Shown here piece after piece: positions 36,546 through 44,356 of a DNA stretch of 64,000 bases (positions within the stretch are counted from its first letter, which is position 1; the number at the start of each line of letters is the position of its first letter). The notes under the pieces were generated by a model, which worked only from the letters and a program-made list of their open reading frames with translations, had not been told where the DNA came from and made no database searches. This DNA is from Flavobacteriales bacterium (lineage in GTDB: Bacteria > Bacteroidota > Bacteroidia > Flavobacteriales_E > Vicingaceae): NCBI GenBank assembly GCA_013359255.1, contig JABWCF010000015.1, forward strand, positions 26 through 64,025. The letters run 5' to 3'. The position numbers and the translations under genes are program-made.

Positions 36546-36686
36546 ATCCGCTAACAAGGGCTTTGTGTCAGACCTGGTAACGTGCAAACTCAGAGTTTTG
36601 CGCTTCTATCTAAGTTTATGCTTAGTTGACAGTTTTGTGTGCTTCTAAATTGCCCTCCTTTTGGTAGCTGAAAACCGTTACCAACA
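36546..36686 (+). repeat. degenerate/chimeric attC-like site H
   Basis: CCGCTAAC...AAAACC-GTTACCAAC with the conserved loop. The left arm resembles sites F/G and the right arm resembles site B, so they do not form the long stem. Confidence 0.65.
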
Positions 36687-36803
36687 AGGCGAAAAAACGA
36701 CAGCGACATTGAAAATGGTTTGAGAATGAATAACGAAATGACAATGAAAGAAAAAAGATTTAGTTTTTTGCCAACCCCTAAAAAATAAAAGTGGAAAGCT
36801 GTT

Positions 36804-36868
36804 CCACATTTGGTACATTCGCTTCTGCTGCCACATAAGCAGATACTCCGCATAAGTAAAAGAGCCAC
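36804..36868. repeat. degenerate CACATT...AAAGAG motif (X7)
   Basis: CCACATTTGG...TAAAAGAGCCAC in the leader that follows site H. Confidence 0.45.
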
Positions 36869-36893
36869 TCTTCCAACTGTTCCATTAAAATCC

Positions 36894-36901
36894 TAACTTT
36901 G
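36894..36901 (+). promoter_or_regulatory. Bacteroidota -7 box
   Basis: TAACTTTG 5 nt before the AraC ATG. Confidence 0.45.
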
Positions 36902-36906
36902 AAGTT

Positions 36907-37737
36907 ATGGATCAACTTTTCAAAATATTTAAAGTAGATGAAGCAGAAGCTACTAAAATTAGTGCTTCGCCTAATGAACCTCATCAACACAATTTTGAAG
37001 AATTGATTATTGGCATAGAAGGGCAATTAGAACATTTTATTGATTTCAAAAACATTACACTTGACGCTCCTCTGGTAAGTTTTGTAACAAAAGGAAAGGT
37101 TCACCGCATTGTTCCAAAATTAAAAAATGGCAAATGCGACATGTGGGTGCTTCGTTTCCAAAGCGAGTTTATTCCCGAAACTACCTTTCAGCTTTATGCT
37201 AGCTATCACGACCATGCTACACTAAAAATTCAACCCGGTGATTGTTTTAACCGACTGGTTACGCTTTGTGAAATCATTCATGGTGCTATGCAACAAGAAA
37301 ATCCAGACCTTGGGGTGGTAAAGCATTTACTAAGTGCTTTGTTTATTATGATTGAATCAGAAAAAAATAAAATAACACCAAACCATACTAGTTTAGAAAT
37401 ATCTCAAAACACCACCATTCAAAGTTTTCTAAAAATATTGGAAGAAAATTACCAAAGACCTGTTGGAGTAGAATTCTATGCCGAAAAATTGTTTATGTCT
37501 GCAAGAAATTTGAATTTGATTTGCAAAAATATACTCCATCAAACCGTGAGTGAGATTATTGAAACCCGAAAACTTATTGAAGCTAAAAATCAGTTAACCC
37601 ATTCCAATAAAAATATTTCTGAAATAGGATTTGACCTAGGGTATAACGAAAAAGCTTACTTTACCAACGTATTTAAGAGACGAACCGGACAAACTCCATC
37701 TGAGTTTCGGGAAGAAATGAAGAAATTGCTTTCCTGA
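36907..37737 (+). CDS. AraC family transcriptional regulator
   Basis: N-terminal cupin-like HQHNF; C-terminal double HTH (ISEIGFDLGYNEKAYFTNVFKRRTGQTPSEFR). Confidence 0.92.
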   Translation: MDQLFKIFKVDEAEATKISASPNEPHQHNFEELIIGIEGQLEHFIDFKNITLDAPLVSFVTKGKVHRIVPKLKNGKCDMWVLRFQSEFIPETTFQLYASYHDHATLKIQPGDCFNRLVTLCEIIHGAMQQENPDLGVVKHLLSALFIMIESEKNKITPNHTSLEISQNTTIQSFLKILEENYQRPVGVEFYAEKLFMSARNLNLICKNILHQTVSEIIETRKLIEAKNQLTHSNKNISEIGFDLGYNEKAYFTNVFKRRTGQTPSEFREEMKKLLS

Positions 37738-37828
37738 TTTTACAACTCTTCTTCCAAAAAACATTACCACTAGCCATTTAAATGATAGCAACTTTGTAGT
37801 GTAAAATTTATTAATCATTTAAAAACAA

Positions 37829-38377
37829 ATGAAAATGGAAACAGCAACACAAAAAACAACAAAATGGGTTTTAGACCCTACACATAGTGAACTTACTTTT
37901 AAAGTAAAACACATGATGATTGCGAATGTAAAAGGCGAATTCAAAAACTTCTCGGTTGAAGTAAACGGAGATGATATTTTTAAATCACCGCTAAATGTTA
38001 CAGTAGATGCCTCTTCTATCAGTACCAACAACACCGATAGAGATAATCACCTGAAATCTGTCGATTTCTTTGATGCAGAAAACCACAAAGAACTTTCGTT
38101 TAAAAGCACTTCGTTCAAACAAAAAGACGATGATGAATATGAGTTGAAAGGTTTGCTTACCATTAAAGGAATGAGTAAAGAAATAAAACTAGAAGTGGAA
38201 TTTGGCGGTATCAACAAAGACCCTTGGGGAAATGAAAAAGCAGGTTTTTCTGTAGAAGGAAAAATCAACCGCAAGGATTGGGGGTTAAACTGGAACGCAG
38301 CGTTGGAAACAGGCGGTGTATTGGTAAGTGAAGAAGTAAAAATTGCAGGTGAAATTCAGTTTGTAAAACAATCTTAA
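37829..38377 (+). CDS. YceI family protein
   Basis: WVLDPTHS, RDNHLKSVDFFD, INRKDWGL. Confidence 0.93.
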   Translation: MKMETATQKTTKWVLDPTHSELTFKVKHMMIANVKGEFKNFSVEVNGDDIFKSPLNVTVDASSISTNNTDRDNHLKSVDFFDAENHKELSFKSTSFKQKDDDEYELKGLLTIKGMSKEIKLEVEFGGINKDPWGNEKAGFSVEGKINRKDWGLNWNAALETGGVLVSEEVKIAGEIQFVKQS

Positions 38378-38401
38378 AAAACGTAAAAGGAAGAGTCATC
38401 A

Positions 38402-39442
38402 ATGTATGATGGCTCTTCCCTATACTATGAAACAACTCAACCCATGAATTTCTCTGACTTTGCAATCATAGGATTTTTAACATTTTGCAGTTTAAGCTGC
38501 AAAACACAAACACAAGGTAAAATGGACAATAAAAATAGTAATCCGCTTTTATGCGACATAGAAACCGGTATGTGCGAAATGCCAGCCGGAAAAGAAAAAG
38601 ACAGTGTTTCTGGAATGACTCAATCAACCCAAAAACCAGTAAAGGTTATTTATTATACCGACCCAATTTGTTCGTCTTGCTGGGGCATAGAGCCACAGTT
38701 ACGAAAACTCAAACTGGAATACGGAAACAGTATTGAAATTGAATACCGAATGGGTGGCTTGTTGCCCGATTGGAGTTATAACAGTGGCGGCATCAGCAAA
38801 CCATCGGATGTAGCGCATCATTGGGACGAAGTAAGCGTGTATTACGATATGCCTATTGATGGCGATGTGTGGTTAGAAGACCCGTTGAATTCTTCTTATC
38901 CGCCTTCTATTGCTTTTAAAGCAGCACAAATGCAAGACCATGAAAAAGCCATTCTATTTCTTCGTGAAATCAGAGAGATGGTTTTCCTGCAAAAGAAAAA
39001 CATTGCCAAATGGGAGCATCTAGAAACAGCTGCAAAAGTGTTAGGGTTAAATGCTGAACAACTAAAAACCGACTACGAAGGAAAGGCAAAAGAACTTTTT
39101 CAAGAAGATTTAAAATTAGGAAAAGAGCTTGGCGTAAGAGGTTTTCCGACCATGTTTTTCGTTGATGAAAAAGGAAATAAAGAATTTGTATATGGTTCCA
39201 AACCCTATTCATTTTATGAAGTGGCGATTTTGAAACTTGCTCCTACTGCAAGTAAAAGCGAATACAAAAAAAGTTGGGAAGACCTTTTTGCAAAACATCA
39301 AACGCTAACGGCAAAAGAATTTTCTGAGTTATCGGGAATGCCAAGAACGGAAAGCGAGCAACTGCTAAATGAACTAACCGAAAAAGGCAGTTTAACAAAA
39401 GTAGTTACCAAGAATGGGAGCTTATGGAAGCATGTTAAATAA
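38402..39442 (+). CDS. DsbA-like thioredoxin-fold protein
   Basis: YTDPICSSCWG CxxC motif, GVRGFPT; true start may be downstream. Confidence 0.8.
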   Translation: MYDGSSLYYETTQPMNFSDFAIIGFLTFCSLSCKTQTQGKMDNKNSNPLLCDIETGMCEMPAGKEKDSVSGMTQSTQKPVKVIYYTDPICSSCWGIEPQLRKLKLEYGNSIEIEYRMGGLLPDWSYNSGGISKPSDVAHHWDEVSVYYDMPIDGDVWLEDPLNSSYPPSIAFKAAQMQDHEKAILFLREIREMVFLQKKNIAKWEHLETAAKVLGLNAEQLKTDYEGKAKELFQEDLKLGKELGVRGFPTMFFVDEKGNKEFVYGSKPYSFYEVAILKLAPTASKSEYKKSWEDLFAKHQTLTAKEFSELSGMPRTESEQLLNELTEKGSLTKVVTKNGSLWKHVK

Positions 39443-39453
39443 AATGTAGCACA

Positions 39454-39732
39454 ATGGAAATACTTCAAAAAGACGATGGTTACAAAGGAGCATTTTATGT
39501 AGAACAGGGAAATCAAGTTCTTGCTGAAATGACGTATGTGTGGGCTGGAACAGATAGAATAATTATTGACCACACAGATGTAAACGCTGTTTTAAAAGGT
39601 AAAGGAATTGGTAAGCAAATGGTAACTAAGGCAGTTGGTTTTGCAAGAGAAAAAGGAATAAAAATAGTTCCGCTTTGCCCCTTTGCAAGAAGTGTTTTTG
39701 ATAAGGTAAAAGAATTTAAAGACGTTCTATAA
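39454..39732 (+). CDS. small GNAT acetyltransferase (YjdJ-like)
   Basis: IIDHTDV...GKGIGK...PLCPFA. Confidence 0.88.
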   Translation: MEILQKDDGYKGAFYVEQGNQVLAEMTYVWAGTDRIIIDHTDVNAVLKGKGIGKQMVTKAVGFAREKGIKIVPLCPFARSVFDKVKEFKDVL

Positions 39733-39744
39733 AATCAAATAATC

Positions 39745-39969
39745 ATGGATAAAAAAAACATTACAAAACACTATTCAAACGGAGAGATAACCGTAGTTTG
39801 GCAATCGGGAAAGTGTATTCACTCTGCCAATTGCGTTAAGAATTTACCGCAAGTATTTAACACCAAAGAAAGCCCTTGGGTAAATGTGGCAAATGCTTCT
39901 AGCGAAGAAATTATTGCAACTGTAAATAAATGTCCTTCGGGTGCTTTGTCAATAATTAAAAAAGAGTAA
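39745..39969 (+). CDS. divergent 4Fe-4S mono-cluster protein (YjdI-like)
   Basis: CIHSANC...CPSGAL; adjacent to the YjdJ-like GNAT. Confidence 0.85.
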   Translation: MDKKNITKHYSNGEITVVWQSGKCIHSANCVKNLPQVFNTKESPWVNVANASSEEIIATVNKCPSGALSIIKKE

Positions 39970-39971
39970 AG

Positions 39972-40595
39972 ATGAAATGGACTTACACCATAAAAAACAA
40001 ACTTTTGGCTTCAGGAGTGCTGCTTGTGTTATGCCTATTGGTATTATTGAGCCATTACCTTGACAAGATTCATACTGAAAATGTAAAAAAATCAATTACT
40101 ACGCTGTATGAAGACAGACTAATTGCAGAAGATTACATTTTAAAGATGACAAGTAATACATATCAAATTAGAGAAGTATTGCATTCTGAAATGAATGATG
40201 ATTTGAAATTGAGTACTATTAAAAACTTGCTTGATGATTTCAATAAAAGTTACACAGTTTATATTGTTACAAAACTAACAACAAAAGAAAATACATTAGC
40301 TAAAGAGTTAGTTGAATACATTAAACATTTTGAGCAAATCTTTTCAAAAAACAATTTAGAGGGATTGGTTTATACCAACAAAGTACTTGTTTTATTAAAC
40401 AAGCTATCTGATGTTCAATTAAACGAATCGAAATTGATAATGAAAAATGCAGAATCAGAGTATTCAACTATTAAATCATCATCGCAATTTGCTTTTGCAA
40501 TCATCATCCTCATATTAGTTGTGTTGCAAGCAATCGTTTTCTCATCAAAATCATTAATACCTATAACCCACCCAAAAGATCCAAAACTTAATTAA
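39972..40595 (+). CDS. four-helix-bundle (MCP ligand-binding-like) membrane protein
   Basis: Two TM segments flanking a helical domain; TLYEDRL motif. Confidence 0.65.
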   Translation: MKWTYTIKNKLLASGVLLVLCLLVLLSHYLDKIHTENVKKSITTLYEDRLIAEDYILKMTSNTYQIREVLHSEMNDDLKLSTIKNLLDDFNKSYTVYIVTKLTTKENTLAKELVEYIKHFEQIFSKNNLEGLVYTNKVLVLLNKLSDVQLNESKLIMKNAESEYSTIKSSSQFAFAIIILILVVLQAIVFSSKSLIPITHPKDPKLN

Positions 40596-40629
40596 AAACT
40601 AATTTAAATTTAGGATTTAAACTTATCCG

Positions 40630-40932
40630 ATGAAAACATACACCACATTATCTGAAGCAATAAACGACCTTACCAAAAAAGGTTATACATTCAATTTCAA
40701 TGTTCAACACGATTGTATTTGGTGTGCAGAAAACAATATGCAGTTGCTACATGACGAATTTGAAATTGATGAAGTATATCGTTTTCAGGAAATGTCGGAT
40801 GTGGATAATGAAAGTATTTTGTATGCCATTTCATCAAAACAAAATAATGTAAAAGGGTTGTTGGTGAACGCTTATAGCATTTATGCCGACACCGCATCTA
40901 CAAAATTGATTGAAAAATTGAATAGCAGGTGA
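40630..40932 (+). CDS. conserved hypothetical protein
   Basis: 100 aa, co-oriented in the operon; YRF-E/Q-x-SD...SILYAI pattern. Confidence 0.65.
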   Translation: MKTYTTLSEAINDLTKKGYTFNFNVQHDCIWCAENNMQLLHDEFEIDEVYRFQEMSDVDNESILYAISSKQNNVKGLLVNAYSIYADTASTKLIEKLNSR

Positions 40933-40955
40933 GTATTTTTTAATCGCTTAAAAGT

Positions 40956-41840
40956 ATGATGAACAGAAAAACATTTTTAAAATCACTGGCAATTTTGCCA
41001 CTAACAGCAGCAGCTATGAAACTGAATGAATTAAATAGAATAACAGCACCATTGGGCAAAACTTCTAAAATACCTGTGTTGTTTCTTGGTCACGGAAGCC
41101 CTATGAATGCCATAGAAGAAAATGAATTTGTAACTGGTTTTAGAAATATCGCCAAAGGAATTCCAAAACCAAATGCCATTTTGTGTATTTCTGCACACTG
41201 GGAAACGAAAGGAACCTTTGTAACCGCTATGCAAAATCCACCAACTATTCACGACTTTGGTGGATTTCCAAAAGCCTTATTTGATGTGCAATACCCTGCA
41301 CCCGGAAGCCCTGATTTAGCAAAAGAAACCAAATCATTAATAACAAAAACTGAAATAGGTTTAGACAACAAATGGGGACTTGACCACGGAGCTTGGAGTG
41401 TAATTAAACATTTATATCCTAATGCGGATATTCCTGTCATTCAAATGAGCATTGATTATAGCCAAGGTCCCCAATATCATTACGAATTGGCTCAACAAAT
41501 AAAATCGCTTCGCGAAAAAGGCGTGTTGGTTATCGGGAGCGGTAACATCGTTCACAATCTTGGTAAAGTGGAATGGAGAAGATTAAATGAAACATTTGGT
41601 TATGACTGGGCAATGGAAGCTAACGGTAAAATAAAAAAATTTATTCTTGATGGAAACCACAAAGAATTGATCAATTTTCGTTCGCATGGAAAAGCCTTTG
41701 ATTTGGCTATTCCAACCCCGGAACATTACTTACCACTAATTTATTCTATTGCTTTAAAAGATAACAAAGATGAAATTAGTATATTTAACGACAAAGCAGT
41801 AGCTGGCTCATTAACCATGACCTCTGTAAAAATTGGGTAA
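40956..41840 (+). CDS. ygiD: 4,5-DOPA extradiol dioxygenase (LigB family)
   Basis: GHGSPMN, SAHW, DHGAW, GSGNIVHNL, PTPEHYLPL. Confidence 0.9.
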   Translation: MMNRKTFLKSLAILPLTAAAMKLNELNRITAPLGKTSKIPVLFLGHGSPMNAIEENEFVTGFRNIAKGIPKPNAILCISAHWETKGTFVTAMQNPPTIHDFGGFPKALFDVQYPAPGSPDLAKETKSLITKTEIGLDNKWGLDHGAWSVIKHLYPNADIPVIQMSIDYSQGPQYHYELAQQIKSLREKGVLVIGSGNIVHNLGKVEWRRLNETFGYDWAMEANGKIKKFILDGNHKELINFRSHGKAFDLAIPTPEHYLPLIYSIALKDNKDEISIFNDKAVAGSLTMTSVKIG

Positions 41841-41860
41841 GTAAAAAATAACAAATAGAA

Positions 41861-42370
41861 ATGAAAAAAAAACAATTAATTATTGCGGGCTCACTTGTAT
41901 CCTTTGCAATCGGGTTTTACCTTAATTCTGTTTTTGCACAAAAGTCAACAATCGAGAATATAGAAAAAACAAACACCGAAAAACAAAACAATATGAAATT
42001 GGGAGCGTTTTCAATCAGTCTTAACGTAAAAGATTTAAAAACATCAAAAGAGTTTTATGAAAAATTAGGATTCAATGCTTTTGCAGGCGGAATGGAGCAG
42101 AATTATCTCATCATGAAAAATGGCAATGCACTCATTGGGCTTTTTCATGGAATGTTTCAAGGAAATATTTTGACATTTAATCCGGGTTGGGATGAAAATG
42201 CAAACAATGCAGAAAACTTTGACGACATTCGTGAAATTCAAAAAAAGTTAAAAAACAACGGACTTACACTTACAAATGAAGTGGATGAAAAAACGAAAGG
42301 CCCCGCAAGCTTTATGTTATCTGACCCTGACGGTAATGTGATTTTACTTGACCAACATCGTTCATACTAA
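41861..42370 (+). CDS. VOC/glyoxalase family protein with N-terminal signal
   Basis: SLNVKDLKTSKEFYEKLGF...DPDGNVILLDQ. Confidence 0.85.
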   Translation: MKKKQLIIAGSLVSFAIGFYLNSVFAQKSTIENIEKTNTEKQNNMKLGAFSISLNVKDLKTSKEFYEKLGFNAFAGGMEQNYLIMKNGNALIGLFHGMFQGNILTFNPGWDENANNAENFDDIREIQKKLKNNGLTLTNEVDEKTKGPASFMLSDPDGNVILLDQHRSY

Positions 42371-42376
42371 TAAGAT

Positions 42377-42832
42377 ATGAAAGCAAACGGAAAAACGGTA
42401 AATGAAATTCTGGCAAACCTTCCTAAGGACAGGGCAGAACCATTTAATAAGCTACACAATGTTATTGTAAAAAATTTACCTAAAGGTTTTGAAGCAGCCA
42501 TTAGTTATGGTGGCTTAGGTTATGTTGTTCCACATACTATTTATCCGGCAGGCTACCATTGCAAACCCAGCGAACCTCTGCCCTTTGCAGGAATTGCTTC
42601 TCAAAAAAACTCAATCAATTTTTACCACATGGGTATTTATTCCGATACAAAACTATTGAGCTGGTTTGTTTCTGAATATCCTAACTATTGTAAACAAAAA
42701 TTAGATATGGGAAAAAGCTGTATCCGGTTTAAAAAGTTTGAAGAAATTCCTTATGAACTCATTGGTAAATTAATGACAAAAATGACCGTAAATGAATGGA
42801 TAAATATCTACGAGAAGAATTTGAAAAAATAA
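42377..42832 (+). CDS. DUF1801-like protein
   Basis: FEAAISYG, ASQKNSINFY, MGKSCIRFKK. Confidence 0.75.
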   Translation: MKANGKTVNEILANLPKDRAEPFNKLHNVIVKNLPKGFEAAISYGGLGYVVPHTIYPAGYHCKPSEPLPFAGIASQKNSINFYHMGIYSDTKLLSWFVSEYPNYCKQKLDMGKSCIRFKKFEEIPYELIGKLMTKMTVNEWINIYEKNLKK

Positions 42833-42938
42833 AACAATGAATAATTAAAAGTATCTACTCATAAGAGCGTATTTGGTTAAAAAAGTACTTTTAAATATTT
42901 TATTTTACTCTTGTTAAATCCGTTAATACTCCCAATCA

Positions 42939-44207
42939 TTATTCCAACACCATCTTTTTAATAAACGAATAATGTCCGCTTTTAATTCTTGTAAAATAAA
43001 TTCCTGCTTGGAGTTGCGAAACCGAAATACGGTTTAGGGTACTGTTCAATTCTCCTTTAAAAACAAGATTTCCGAGTATATCAAAAATTTCTATACCCTT
43101 ATTTTCGGAATTTAATTTTTCAGAAAACTCAATATAAATAGCATCTTTAGCAGGGACGGGATAAAGACGAGTATTTTTTTCTATCCATTCTTCTATAGAA
43201 AAACTCCCAAAGGCATAAAGGGCCGATTTGTATTTGCAACCCAGGGTATCAATTTCTACCTCGTAATTTCCGTTTTGTGTTGGGGTATGTGTTTGAAAAA
43301 TTTCGCCCGGTAACAAATTGCCGTTTACATACCACTGATAACTCGGAGCAAGCGATGAAATGAGTTCGGGCCAGTTGTAGGTAATTGTGGGAATAATAGG
43401 CAGAGAGCTAACTACTTTATATTCTACTAAACTGGTATCGCAGCCATTAACGGCTTTAACCCAAAGGGTATCGGTTATAGCATTGGTAAAAGTAATGCTT
43501 ACGGTGTCAGTGCCTTGTCCGTTATTTAAGGTAGCACCCGGGGGTGCCGACCAAATGTATTGTGTGGCCGAATAAGAAGAATCAATATAAAACGAGTAAG
43601 GAATATTCATGCAAACTTCGGAAGGCCCGTATATAAAATCGGGTTTTGGCGGTTCGCAGCAATGGTAACGCATAGAAATACGGCCAATTTCCTGACTTTG
43701 TTCACTGAAAATATCTTTCATTTGTTGATTATGCAAAGGAGAATTCATTCCACTGCGAATAAAAGTTACCGGTTTTCCGTAAATGTTGCTCACGTAATTG
43801 GGTGTACTCAAACTGTTGTACATCAACGTGGTGTTTCCTCTAGCCCCGTAAACACCAATAATATCGCCTTTGGCAACCGGAATGGAACAAGGTATGGTAT
43901 CGTTTATGGCATACTGCGAAATATAAAATAGCGAAACAAAATCATTGGTGGTCATTATCCATGCCGGTGGTGCACCATTAGTAAACCTTACCACTTCTAT
44001 ATTTTGCGGAAGAGAAGAATTATCATCGGGGATATACAAACCACAAATAGTAAAAGAGGTGGTGGCTGTAAAATGATAGCCCCGAATTTGATTGGCCGTA
44101 TTTAGCGTAATGTTTTGAGGACCAACAGGTGCAGCAAACTGGGCATTTAAAATAGAAATAGAGAAAAGAAACAGAAAAACAATTAAATACAATTTCATAA
44201 AAAACAT
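42939..44207 (-). CDS. T9SS-secreted protein with Ig/PKD-like domains
   Basis: Signal peptide; YQW/YIW Ig-like motifs; LYPVPA...GIYF C-terminal domain. Confidence 0.8.
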   Translation of the reverse strand: MFFMKLYLIVFLFLFSISILNAQFAAPVGPQNITLNTANQIRGYHFTATTSFTICGLYIPDDNSSLPQNIEVVRFTNGAPPAWIMTTNDFVSLFYISQYAINDTIPCSIPVAKGDIIGVYGARGNTTLMYNSLSTPNYVSNIYGKPVTFIRSGMNSPLHNQQMKDIFSEQSQEIGRISMRYHCCEPPKPDFIYGPSEVCMNIPYSFYIDSSYSATQYIWSAPPGATLNNGQGTDTVSITFTNAITDTLWVKAVNGCDTSLVEYKVVSSLPIIPTITYNWPELISSLAPSYQWYVNGNLLPGEIFQTHTPTQNGNYEVEIDTLGCKYKSALYAFGSFSIEEWIEKNTRLYPVPAKDAIYIEFSEKLNSENKGIEIFDILGNLVFKGELNSTLNRISVSQLQAGIYFTRIKSGHYSFIKKMVLE

Positions 44208-44356
44208 TTTTTACAAAGTAACGAAAAACAATAAAACGGCCTGATTGTTTTGTATTTAAGAATAGTTGTTTGTTCGAATAACAAGGTTCGTGCATATTGA
44301 GAACAGAAAAAAGAGAATATTCAAAAAAAAGAAAAATCAGTAAGAAACATGTTTAG

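Larger units (their letters stand above)
8871..36677 (+). mobile_element. integron-like gene cassette array without integrase in the window (CALIN-like), 8 cassettes
   Basis: Repeated ~130-bp AAC...GTT palindromes after each gene block; cassette-specific complementarity of start and closing core in 7/8 cassettes. Confidence 0.85.

Noticed and set aside
13423-36686. Reading the repeats as a CRISPR array or as Rho-independent terminators
   Set aside because: The repeats are ~130 bp, divergent and separated by kilobases of genes. They lack a U tract, and termination would not explain the cassette-specific core complementarity.
8807-42874. Possible terminal inverted repeat of the whole island (AAATATTCTCTTAT at 8807 vs ATAAGAGCGTATTT at 42861, 12/14)
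   Set aside because: Short, AT-rich and does not extend cleanly. There is no transposase or target duplication, so it may be chance. Worth rechecking only against an empty-site genome.
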